Position numbers and translations under genes: made by a program
Origin: Octopus sinensis
Taxonomy: Eukaryota
Direction of reading: 5' to 3'
Assembly (NCBI RefSeq): GCF_006345805.1
Contig: NC_042998.1
Coordinates: forward strand, 199,144,001-199,208,000
DNA: 64,000 nucleotides
Part shown: one piece after another, positions 1 through 11,176 of the stretch
How positions within the stretch are numbered: position 1 is the first letter of the stretch
How the letters are laid out: each line of letters opens with the position of its first letter
The notes under the pieces: model-generated
What the model saw: only the letters and a program-made list of their open reading frames with translations
Databases searched by the model: none
What the model was told of the DNA's origin: nothing

Positions 1-316
1 GTTCTTAGTAGCAGTATGACTTTTCTCTTAGTTCCTTCCTCTTCCCCTGTTGTTGCTGCTGCTGTCCTAGGACTCGAAAATTTGGTACAGTTCCTGTATC
101 TCTCTGTGTTTGTGCGTGTGTGTATGGGTTCGCTTCTTATGTTGTTTGTATCTATGTCCTTCATATAAATGTATTTATTTTCTATTTATCTATTTATTTC
201 TATTTCTTATATGGATCACAGATATGTACATATATGTCTATTGTGTGTGTATTACTCTCTTTGTGTTTTATTTATTATTATTTCACCCTCCCTCTTCTAC
301 TCCCTTTTGTCTTTAG

Positions 317-1442
317 TCATGTGGTGTTATTGCTCCATTCGTGTTTTCTATTCACGCTCGGTCTTTCTACTGCTATGTGTGTAGCCTCTGTGATCTGTCT
401 AAGTGTCGTGTCACTTCTACGCGTCGATAATACTTTAATCTCTATGCTATTAATCGACCCTCCATGATCTGCTTGAGCATGTTGGTAGAGCACTGACAAG
501 CCTTTCTTTTCTTGGAGCTCTCGCCAATATTCACTTATACGCTCCCCTGTGCTGCGTGCAGTCTCTCCAATGTAAGTGGTTGTCATGTTTCAGCACTGTC
601 CCTCAGTACATCGTAAGCTATACATTATATATTCCTAACCTTACAGTTAACCCGTGGGTTCATACTACATACAACACAATTGTTCTCCGATCAGGGATTT
701 TATAGGGGCACCAGGCCTTTCTACTACCTTAATCCGTAGATTAGTCTTAATGTTTTCCTAAAAATGTATACTAGTTTGACAATCTGATATTTTTTGTTGT
801 CATACCAAGAGTTGGTCTTATCTATCTTATTTCTGGTCCCTTCTGTGCTGTCCCACGATTCACTCCTGTACAGCGGGCAGATCCGTTTAGCATCACTCTC
901 CATGATGGCTTTGTACTTAGTCCTGGCTCCTTTGTATACTCTAATCCTGTCCCTTTGATTGTAGCCAGAGAACTGCATGCAGTGAATGAAGTGTTATGTC
1001 TTTCCAATTCCATAGGGTCGCACATGCCAGACACATTCTTCATCACTCTCACCAAGTCAGTTATAAGAATGTTGAACTTGGCGTTGTCCGCAATAGCTGT
1101 GTTCTTGTGAACAAGGTATTTAAAGGCCGTGGGTTTGGCATAATGAGAGTGAAGGATCTGGACCTTACCTTTCTTCGTTTCTAGCCAGAGTACTGAGTCT
1201 AAAACGGGTAATCTATAGTCTGGGTGCTTATTGGGGTAGTCTATCGTTATTTGAATACGCAGGTAGATGGAGTTAGGTATTTGCTGGATGCTCTCCGCAA
1301 TGTTAGCTTCTAGATCATAAACATTGTCTTGTAGGGTTGCTTTGACTACTATGTTGATATCATCCACATAGTAGGAGTTCATGGTTAGATTTATGGAATT
1401 CACTGCTAATTTCTCTTTGAGTCTCCTATCCGACCATACCAT
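317..1442 (-). mobile_element. Penelope-like element: 5'-truncated RT C-terminus, linker and GIY-YIG endonuclease (frameshifted)
   Basis: YYVDDINIV (RT); SGYNQRDR...PLYRSESW...WY (PLE linker); YIGETARSTGERI...LRQITEATHI...PSVN (GIY-YIG). Confidence 0.9.
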
Positions 1443-1495
1443 AAAGTGTCGCTGAAGAGGTCACAGATGTGTAACGAAAGATTTCCGGACAATGG
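1439..1495 (+). ncRNA. Type I hammerhead ribozyme in an inverted pLTR at the Penelope truncation point
   Basis: ccat..tgtcg CTGAAGA g gtcaca-gatg-tgtaac GAA agattt C cggaca atgg; AATAAA about 25 nt downstream. Confidence 0.7.
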
Positions 1496-1642
1496 ACATG
1501 AGTTAGAATAAGAACAGTAATAAACGAGTGAAGAACAAATATATAGTTCATTTGGCAAGGAAAAAATGACTGTCCCGAAATACAACAATATTTGTTTCAG
1601 CACACGAATTCACATCAGGAGTCTTGCATCATAAATTAATAA

Positions 1643-1696
<54 letters not shown>

Positions 1697-1845
1697 TTAC
1701 CTTCGACCATATAATACAATAAATGAATTAATTGCATTGCAATTCTAAGCATTTATGTATTAGCTTTCTGGGTACTTTACTGGCAGTATATTGAATAAAT
1801 GATATCCCATATGGGTTACACTCATAACCCCTATCTCACTTTGTA

Positions 1846-1883
<38 letters not shown>

Positions 1884-2056
1884 TAGATATATATAGTTGC
1901 TGTCTAGTCAGAAGCTTGCTTTCCAACCACATGGTTCCGAGTTCAGTCTCAATGCGTGCCACTTTGGGCGTCTTCTACTATGGCCTCGGGCCAACTAAAG
2001 CCTTGTGAGTAGATTTGGTAGACGGAAACTGAAAGAAGCCTGTCGTGTATATACAT

Positions 2057-2124
<68 letters not shown>

Positions 2125-2284
2125 TGTGTTTGTGTATGTGTGTGTGTATGTGAAAACTGCCTCACGTAACACAACTTGCGTTGAAATGCAATTGTCATTG
2201 ATATTTCAGTGATCAGGCACTTATCAGCTATGTATTCCTTGTATTTTACATATCACGGCTTTAAGGGAGAGCAAGAATCTAAAG

Positions 2285-2375
2285 AAGAAGCATGTATCCT
2301 TATTTGTAGACCAGAAACTGGAACTTATGAAGAAGATAGAGGCAAATACTTCAGTGGCAAGAGCTTATAGTGTAA
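2285..2375 (+). mobile_element. pogo/Tigger transposase HTH remnant
   Basis: KHVSLFVDQKLELMKKIEANTSV. Confidence 0.5.
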
Positions 2376-3030
2376 CGATGCAAACCAACTGAGAAAATTT
2401 AAACACTTAAGGTGCGGTTAAGTAATTGAGTGTGAATAACTAAATTCTCAAATGTGTAATGGAAATAAAATGGATTTTGTTAGCGGTTGGTCACTACCTT
2501 GGAATAACCAAGCTTTTAAGAATGAAGTTTCCACACCTGATTGTCAGTTTTAGAATTGAGCGATTTTCGGGGTTGCATTTCTCGAACACAGACGGGTTGC
2601 GCCTTTTGAAGTTAATGGTGGTGTGGATGTAAGCAGGTGCACGAGCTTTTATATCCCAGGTACAAGTGCGTTATTACCATTCCAGAAAACGTGTTCAGCA
2701 CAATACCTATCTATAATGATATTGTTCCTTCGCATTGTGCTTGCAGTGTGTAAATAATAGAAAGGTGTCCTAAAAATTTCTACTTATGAAATATAGTTGC
2801 CAATAATTTTGACGCACCTTCTCACTCAATGTGGTAACCGGATTGATAGTAATGTTTTAAAATATGGTGGTTATTCTTGCGACGCTTCAGCCAGTGGATC
2901 AAGATATAGTTGTTGCTTGGAAGAGATTGTACTAACAAAGATATTTGGACGAAGTTCTTGTGGTGATAGAAGTAGAAGAGACTAGAGAAGGCATACGAGG
3001 ACGATTTTAGATTGTAGCTAGAATCCAGCA

Positions 3031-3415
3031 GTGGAGGCACAATGGCCCAGTGGTTAGGGCAGCGGACTCGCGGTCATAGGATCGCGGTTTCGAATCCCAG
3101 ACCGGGCGTTGTGAGTGTTTATTGAGCGAAAACACCTAAAAAGCTCCACGATGCTCCGGCAGGGATGGTGGTGATCCCTGCTGTACTCTTTCACCACAAC
3201 TTTCTCTCACTCTCACTTCCTGTTTCTGTTGTACCTGTATTTCAAAGGGCCGGCCTTGTCACTCTCTGTGTCACCCTGAATATCCCCGAGAACTACGTTA
3301 AGGGTACACGTGTCTGTGGAGTGCTCAGCGACTTACACATTAATTTCACGAGCAGGCTGTTCCGTTGATTCGGATCAACCGGAACCCTCGTCGTCGTAAC
3401 CGACGGAGTGCTTCC
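3031..3415 (+). mobile_element. tRNA-derived SINE family A, full length
   Basis: A/B boxes (TGGCCCAGTGG / GTTTCGAATCCC); tail ...CGTAACCGACGGAGTGCTTCC; 11-bp TSD agaatccagca (3020-3030 and 3416-3426). Confidence 0.88.
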
Positions 3416-3599
3416 AGAATCCAGCATCAGGGAGAGTAATCGTAGATATTTGTTAAACTGTTAATGGAAGAAACAGTGGATGGTGTTCTCGATGGCCACA
3501 GCAAAGTTAATGACGCTAAGGAAGACAACGAAGCATTGCCCAGGAAACCTAAACTATACGAGAATACTTTGTTAACGTCGTTTCGCAGGTTGACAACAA

Positions 3600-3828
3600 G
3601 GCGGCGAGCTGGCAGATCGTTAGCACACCGGGCGAAATGCTTAGCTGTATTTCGTCTGCCGTTACGTTCTGAGTTCAAATTCCGCCGAGGTCGACTTTGC
3701 CTTTCATCCTTTCAGGGTCGATAAATTAAGTACCATTTACGCACTAGGGTCGATGTAATCGACTTAATCCGTTTGTCTGTCCTTGTTTGTCCACTCTATG
3801 TTTAGCCCCTTGTGGGTAGTAAAGAAAT
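3600..3828 (+). mobile_element. tRNA-derived SINE family B (Meta-domain-like core), young monomer
   Basis: GGCGGCGAGCTGGCAGA head; B box GTTCAAATTCC; GACTTTGCCTTTCATCCTTT..GTCGATAAATTAAGTACCA core; 13-bp TSD aggttgacaacaa. Confidence 0.88.
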
Positions 3829-4054
3829 AGGTTGACAACAATTTTAACATCTTAGAGATGTAAAAGAACTCAATATCCAGAGGTAGTCTCTACAAGATAA
3901 ACAGTTGAAACTCAACTAATTCTTCAAGCAAGTTCGTCCCAGCTCTGCTGCAACTGATAAACTGGCTGATCGTGTTGTTAGTCGATCTGTCGTTGGTCCT
4001 GTCCCTTCTCAGTTATCTCAGACTTCTACGAATAAGCAGAAAAACCTTGTGAAG

Positions 4055-4195
4055 CATACTAGCTTTACTAACTCATAATGACAAGTTATCATCTTTACTT
4101 CTATTCCTATCTCCACTACGTCGTGGTCACTTTGTAGAGATAGGGATGGAGGTAAAAATGATAACTAGTCATTACGAGTTAGTAGAGCTAGTATG
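4055..4195. repeat. Imperfect inverted repeat, 62-bp arms, 17-bp spacer
   Basis: 4055-4116 versus 4134-4195, 8 mismatches. Confidence 0.85.
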
Positions 4196-4829
4196 TACCA
4201 CTAGTTTTTTTCCACCTTTTCGTACATGTCTGAGGTAAGTCATATGAAATATATACTTATATATCTTATTTACTTAAAAGGTGTTTACAGTATTTTCTTT
4301 AATTTTGTTATTGCTTGTCGTGTTTAGCGTACATTATGTATATTTCCAATATCGTATATGAATGTAAAACCAGTTTCTATTATCCATTAAAAAGGTCAAT
4401 AGTTAAAGCGAACACTATCCCACAATTAGTACGGTTTAATGAGGGTTCACTGTACACACACACACAGACACACACACGTATGTGTGTGTGCATATATAAA
4501 TATATATATATATATGTATATAATTGAAAAAATTGGAGTCAACAAGAAGGGGTACGGTTGGACATTTATTTTTTAATCATTTACAATCGTTTCGACGCAT
4601 CGCAGTTCTCCAGGTGTGCAGGTACTTGATTATGCAACTGTCTCCCTACATTATGAGATCTAATTGTGTATAATGCTACTACTGGGTAGCACAGGGTAAA
4701 TCTGAAGGCGGACGGGCTTTATACTATTATACCCTACTACGTCCTTAACAGAATATACCATAACTATATATTTGTGTATATGTGTGTGTGTGTGTGTATG
4801 TATGCGCGCGTGTGAGTATATATGTGTTT

Positions 4830-5055
4830 ATATATATATTTACGGAGATGTACTTGCATACCGAGTGACTTGGTCTGAGATCGTGTGCTGGAACGAAAAC
4901 AATTGCAGCGTGGAAGGTGTTTATAAGCCATTTAAGAAATACACAAAAACCATTAGATTCACTTTTACATTTAAATTTAATTTGTCAAAATATTTTCGGC
5001 GCTTTGAGACCGCGACCTGTTCACTGACAAAACTTCGTGCTGCAGCACGGTTTTA
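4830..5055 (-). mobile_element. Penelope pLTR-like non-coding fragment between (TA)n and (AAT)n
   Basis: Carries the variant HHR; no ORF; abuts microsatellites. Confidence 0.55.
4981..5031 (-). ncRNA. Type I hammerhead ribozyme with G3:C8 variant core
   Basis: tttgtca GTGAACA ggtcgc-ggtctcaaa-gcgcc GAA aatatt T tgacaaa: 7-bp stem I, palindromic stem III. Confidence 0.7.
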
Positions 5056-5067
5056 ATGATAATAATG

Positions 5068-5122
<55 letters not shown>

Positions 5123-5163
5123 TAATAATAATAATGATAATAATAATAATAATAATAATAATG

Positions 5164-5194
<31 letters not shown>

Positions 5195-5265
5195 TAATAA
5201 TAATAATAATAATAATGATAATAATAATAATGATAATAATAATAATGATAATAATAATAATAAGG

Positions 5266-5344
<79 letters not shown>

Positions 5345-5385
5345 TAATAATAATAATGATAATAATAATAATAATAATAATAATA
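5056..5385. repeat. (AAT)n/(GAT) microsatellite
   Basis: Direct; similar tracts at 5861-5930, 18650-18787, 19330-19800, 20570-20655, 21765-22035 and 26960-27120. Confidence 0.98.
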
Positions 5386-5860
5386 GTCTTGGTATAAAAG
5401 ATGGGCTACAGCAAATATTCTGCTCAATACCACAGATTTGCTTGTCAGTTGTTTGACCTTAACCAGTTGAGCATGTCCCTTAGTGGCTGACGATATGTGC
5501 ATCTCTGATCACGAGCAGAAGTAGTGGGGAAGCATCATAGCCATGTGTTGAGAGGGATTCTTTGGGGTTTTAATAATTCACCTCTGGAAACATGGGTGGT
5601 TCTTTCAACATCCTTAGACAACCCTTATTCAGGGACCTTTTGAGCAGGATAGGCTACTCAACCTGAAGAAAATTCTAACTGGGCCCCACCTGCAAGGTCA
5701 TGTGCTGTTTATCTTGATATGAGATCACCATGTCACGCACATATGGTTGTGATGCATGTGCCTGATGTACCCTTATCAGACGGGTAGTCATGATGGGTAT
5801 ATTGGGCTTCGTATATTTTACCCCAGTGTCACTTTGATGGCATGAACTGCTCTCTCTCTC
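5386..5860 (+). repeat. ~480-bp non-coding dispersed repeat embedded in (AAT)n
   Basis: Copies at 5386-5860, 18788-19330 and ~19990-20285, each followed by (AAT)n. Confidence 0.8.
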
Positions 5861-5929
<69 letters not shown>

Positions 5930-5947
5930 TTCTTAAGTAACCAGAAG

Positions 5948-6248
5948 ATGGATTTGGCATTTTTGTACAACGATCGATTTGACCCAACCTGCTATTGTCC
6001 CTTATGGGTGGGACTCCGTTCAATATGTCGTGTTGCATCCATTTTCGAGTCTGGGTCTCATCAGGTGCATCCATACATAAAGTTGTGCATGGCTGTACCT
6101 GATGTTATGTATGGATACACCTGATGAGCCCCAAACTGCAAAAAGGAATGCAACGCAACATGTTGGACGGAGTCCCACTCATAAGGGGCAGACAGTAGCA
6201 GGTTGCGTCGAAGCGCCCGTTGTACAAAAAGATTAATACCAAATCCAT
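5948..6248. repeat. Diverged inverted repeat of an HHR-like non-coding unit bounded by (AAT)n/(TAT)n
   Basis: Arms 5948-6080 and 6105-6248; each arm reads ATGGAT(G/A)CAC-CTGATGAG outward from the centre. Confidence 0.7.
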
Positions 6249-6394
6249 ATTATTATTATTATTAACACTGCAGAGTTCCTTTTGTAGAGCCAATGGAAAC
6301 ATACCCCGACTGTGGGTGACACCAGGTAGCCCAAACTGTGCCAGTGCTCTACTAAACACTCCGACACACTAATCGACATATACCTATTAGTCGA

Positions 6395-6647
6395 GTGGGT
6401 GTGTCGTAAGTAGCTTGCTTACCAGCCACATGGTTCCGGGATTAGTCCCACTGCGTCACACAATAGGCAAGTGACTTCTACTATAACCTCGGGTCGACCA
6501 AAGCCTTGTGAGTGGATCTGGTAGACGGAAACTGAAAGAAGCCCGTTATACATATATATATATACACATATACATACATACATACACACATATATATACA
6601 TATACATACATACACACATATATATACATATACATACATATACATAC

Positions 6648-6722
<75 letters not shown>

Positions 6723-6915
6723 TATTTATATGTGTGTGTGTGTGTGTGTGTGAGTGCGTTTGTGTTTGCGTCCCCGTAACTTAGCGGTTCGGCAAAAGAA
6801 CCCGATAGAATAAGCACTAGGCTTACAAAGAATAAGTATCGGGGGTCGATTTGTTCGACTAAAGGCAGTGCTCCAGCATGGCCGTAGTCAAATGACTGAA
6901 ACAAGTAAAAAAAAG
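6395..6915 (+). mobile_element. SINE family C with expanded internal (TA)n
   Basis: Same modules; partial copies also at ~1896-2050 (+), ~59826-59975 (-) and ~60889-61050 (+). Confidence 0.82.
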
Positions 6916-7645
6916 AAGAATATATATACACACATGTATATATAATATATATACATATACATACATATACATATATATGTATACATACATATACATGTAT
7001 ATATAATGTATACATGTATACATACATATATATATACATGTATACATGTATACATACATATATATACATGTATACATACATATATATATACATACATACA
7101 TATATACATGTATACATACATATACATGTATATATAATGCATTGTCTTTCCAATGTAAGATGGGAATTAATGAGTTTGAATTAATAATTAGGCTGAAATA
7201 GACGTGCAATTTCTGAACATGAGTAATTACGTATCGTTTGTAATGAACAGAGTTTTATGATGTGCTATTATCAATTCGTGGACATTGGATGTAAGCACAT
7301 ATTTTTGTGTTAATTATCACATACAGTTATAGAGCTATGTTTATTTGTTTATCCATATGTATAATGATGATCTTTATGATAGTGATTCTATTTTAATGAT
7401 ACATGAATTATTTTAGATGGCATAAAATAATTAATTTCCGATCATGTCACAACACGAACAAACGGAAAGAGGATGTCGCTGGGTTTTTGTCATTTTCATA
7501 AAAATTGAGCTTCTCTTTGAAAAAGAACCGCCATATCCTTCTTCCTCAAAAATATTCATAGCGAATCAATACGCAATTTAAATTATTGGAAATATTTACA
7601 ATTGATAAAAACAACAATTATTGGCAGTTGCGATTCTAAACGATT

Positions 7646-7682
<37 letters not shown>

Positions 7683-8016
7683 TATATATAAATATATATA
7701 TATATATACATATGTACGTACATACATATACATATATGCATACATACATACATACTTTCATACATACATATATATATCTATATATCTATATATATATATA
7801 CATATAATGATAAATATCAAAGTGAGTTATATACAGTAGCGGTAACACATCGTGACGTATTTTTGCCATTTCAATATGGCTAACCCCTAAGGGTGGATGC
7901 TACTGTAGTTTTTAGCCCCAGGAGGACACACTCCTCCAGCTGGCCATAGACACACTATCTGTGTCCTGTCAGTATTTGCAATGAGAAGTCATCCTTCCCG
8001 TCTTCAACTTATGATA

Positions 8017-8061
8017 CACACGGACTCGAGTTTCGAGGTATTGACCTCTCGTCAGCGTGTG
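8017..8061 (-). ncRNA. Intact type I hammerhead ribozyme
   Basis: cacacg CTGACGA gaggt-caat-acctc GAA actcgagt C cgtgtg; canonical core, GUC cleavage triplet. Confidence 0.9.
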
Positions 8062-8287
8062 ACAATCATAGTTGTCGCCGAGAATTAGATTTCCTTCACA
8101 AATACTTATACTTTTTCCAGCGCCCACTGTCGCTGATATTGAAAAAGTGAAATCAAACAATGATAAATATCAAAGTGAGTTATATACAGTAGCGGTAACA
8201 CATCGTGACGTATTTTTGCCATTTCAATATGGCTAACCCCTAAGTATTTGTGAAGGAAATCTAATTCTCGGCGACAACTATGATTGT

Positions 8288-8332
8288 CACACGCTGACGA
8301 GAGGTCAATACCTCGAAACTCGAGTCCGTGTG
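8288..8332 (+). ncRNA. Intact type I hammerhead ribozyme (inverted copy)
   Basis: Exact reverse complement of 8017-8061; predicted cleavage after C8326. Confidence 0.9.
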
Positions 8333-8357
8333 TATCATAAGTTGATATATAAACATA

Positions 8358-8394
<37 letters not shown>

Positions 8395-8397
8395 ATA

Positions 8398-8444
<47 letters not shown>

Positions 8445-9079
8445 TAGCGCTAGAAGCCACGTGTTAAAGCGAAAAAGAAATTGCGATACAAACACAATGT
8501 AGAGTAAGAAGAAGTCTTTTTAAAAGTTTTGATTGTCAATATTATAAGAAGGAAAATATAATTTTCTGAAAGTTAAAAAAAAAAACAAAAAAAAAAAAGA
8601 AACCCAGAAAACAACCTGGATCAAACCAAGAACAAAGTCCTCGATAATATTCGTTTGTTTCTCTTATCTGTTTTTCTCTCACGAAATGAAAAGATAAAAT
8701 AAACGATATTTTCCATTAAAAGTCGATGAAATTGGAAAATAATTGCAATGAACATGCACACGCGCGCGTGCACGCACACGCAAACGCACGTGCACGCACG
8801 CACGCACGCACGCATGCAGACACACATACGCCTCCCCGCCTACGAACACAATTTGTTTAAATTTCGAGTCTCCTTTTCCAGATTATCCCAACGAAATATT
8901 TAAGATAGAGATGTAGATGGAGTCATATTCAAGTTTGAAGCAGTAAAATGTTAACGTTAAAGAATGTTCAAATTGAAGGGGGTGATATTTTTTTTTTTTT
9001 GACAAAAATATTTTCAGAAGTATTTGGTTTTTGGTTTTGGTTTACAAGATTCTTTATATGAGTTCGTGTGTTGAAGCAT

Positions 9080-9321
9080 ATTCTGTTGTGTCTGGGGAGA
9101 GTCATTTTCTTTTTGTGCCTTATAATCTAACACACTCACCGGTAAAATTTCCACTTTTTTCTTATTTTTATTTTCCTAAGAGTCAAAACTATTGAAAAGG
9201 TTGCAAGACGCAACGAAAATCTTAGGAAAATAAAATCAAGAAAAAAGTGTAAATTTTACCGGTGAGTGTGTTAGATTATAAGGCACAAAAAGAAAATGAC
9301 TCTCACCAGACACAACAGAAT
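9080..9321. repeat. Fold-back, 101-bp arms with an HHR-like 40-bp apex
   Basis: 9080-9180 is the near reverse complement of 9221-9321; apex TTGAAAA g gttgc-aagac-gcaac GAAA. Confidence 0.75.
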
Positions 9322-9569
9322 TTTCAGAAGTGCATCATTCACATTGCAGTTCGTTATCAGATGTTTAACCTCGATGAGATAACTGTGTATATTCAATGTA
9401 TGCATGACTGGAGATTCAGTTTTTGTTTTGACTAGCATTGAAAATATGCATGCATATGTAAGACTGTTTTGTTCCTTCCGCAAACATGCATACATTGTGG
9501 AATGTATGCATGTCAGACCGCTCGTGAGTACTAAGGGTAACATGTAATCTGTGATAGGTTCGTCGATGA

Positions 9570-10057
9570 CTAAACAGAGGTTGAAACAGCTAAGACTCTA
9601 CTCCCTGGAGAGAAGACGGGAGAGGTATGCAGTAATATATATCTGGAAGATCCTGGAAGGAATTGTGCTAAATTTTGGCATTGAAAGCTACACCAATGCC
9701 AGAACGGGACGACACTGCATAGTGCCAAAGATCCCAGCAATGCCATCATGCTTCAGGACCAGTTACTGCAACAGCCTGGATTTCAAGGGCCCACAGCTTT
9801 TTAATATTCTCCCAAAGGGTCTGAGGAACTTGCACAAAGTAGATGTAGGGGTTTTTAAATCAAAGCTGGACCTCTTCCTGTCGAGAGTCCTAGACGAGCC
9901 TACCTCACGGCAAGAGGTGCAAATGAGGGTAACTATATCAAACTCCATTCTTCATCAAGTGCCACGTATTAGAGGAGGCTCCTAGTAATAAGAGTGTAGC
10001 GCAAAACGGCGGTGCATCAGCATGGCCGCAGCTCTGAGCTGAAACTTTAAAAAAAAA
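9570..10057 (+). mobile_element. CR1-clade LINE 3' end
   Basis: LKQLRLYSLERRRERYAVIYIWKILEG...GPQLFNILP...KLDLFL; 3' UTR plus poly(A). Confidence 0.85.
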
Positions 10058-10259
10058 CCGCTACCAGGTTAAACTAGGGAGGAAGTTTGCTGCAAACCCA
10101 ATCCAACAAAAGTAATAACCGCCAAAAGAACTGAGAAACCTAGCATGTAGTCAACGACTATCTAGTAACGGCGCGAGAACATAAAAATTTGATTTGCTGT
10201 CGAGCGAGCTGTAAAGCAACTGGGAGTGGGACAACCCTTCGTGTTCGATAAATCATCTT

Positions 10260-10750
10260 TCTAGAAGTTTGCATCCCCAAAGTCCATCCCCTCCCCACCG
10301 TGGTGGGGACGCTGGCAACGGGTAGTGTCAGAGCTATGCCGTCAGGAACTTCGGTTCCTGGTAAGGCCACCCAAGGCGGATTGGTCTGACACCGAGTGGT
10401 ATTAGGGCCACAACCCGGCAGATGGGCCTCTGGTGAAAATCCTCGGAGTGTCTGTTTCGGCAACCGGCGGCTCCTCGGTCGTTCTGTCCCTGCGTCTGCA
10501 GACAATCTGCGGCAAACAGGATGTCTCTACATGCGGGATTGTTGGGGACCGCTTGGGAAATTTATATTTCCACGAAACTTATTCCACTGCCATAGTTCGA
10601 GATGCCTCGAGGGTGGTAGAAGAAGCCGACTCAACCCGCCCAGGGTGAATGTCGTCACAAGTACAAGTAGGTCTAGAAATTTACTCTGATATAAAACCTG
10701 TTGCACAGGGTATGGTCTTACCCCATTCCGGCATCTTCAAACATCCAACA
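10260..10750 (+). mobile_element. Probable RTE-type LINE 5' UTR (solo)
   Basis: GC-rich island ending CTCTGATATAAAACC, resembling RTE 5' UTRs as I recall them; no ORF follows. Confidence 0.4.
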
Positions 10751-10904
10751 TGTATCCGGTTTATCTCTGGATCATACCAATAGGATGAAGGTAGTAAAGG
10801 AGATATTTGATGGCCTTATTGGATCTAAATTCAGTATTAACATTCTTGATTTTCCTAATAGCTAGTGATAATATCTTTGGACTCGATAGATCCACATGCA
10901 AGTG

Positions 10905-11143
10905 TGTGTGTATGTATGTATGTATGTATGTATGTATGTATGTATGTATGTATGTATGTATGTATGTGTGTATGTATGTATGTGTGTATGTATGTATGTA
11001 TGTATGTATGTATGTATGTATGCATGCATGCATGTATGTATGTATGCATGCATGCATGCATGTATGTATGTATGTATGTATGTATGTACGTACGTACCTG
11101 CGTACGTATGTATGTATGTATGTATGTATGTATGCATGCATGC

Positions 11144-11176
<33 letters not shown>

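Larger units (their letters stand above)
7806..8345 (-). mobile_element. Retrozyme-like element: 353-bp unit plus 86-bp direct repeat plus 105-bp inverted HHR-bearing segment
   Basis: 7806-7891 is identical to 8159-8244; 8004-8108 is the exact reverse complement of 8241-8345; (TA)n on both flanks; no ORF. Confidence 0.8.

Noticed and set aside
3031-3105. tRNA genes at SINE heads
   Set aside because: A/B boxes are present, but they run into SINE bodies with TSDs and I could not build full cloverleaves.
4575-4620. Minus-strand CTGGAGA...GCGTCGAAACG motif (related half-motif at ~28478-28500)
   Set aside because: Core, stem I and stem II are all imperfect; probably decayed pLTR HHRs, but not supportable individually.
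5037-5502. Long low-complexity ORFs (poly-N/I/Y, YVCM, HTYI, CV repeats) here and throughout
   Set aside because: They are translations of microsatellites.
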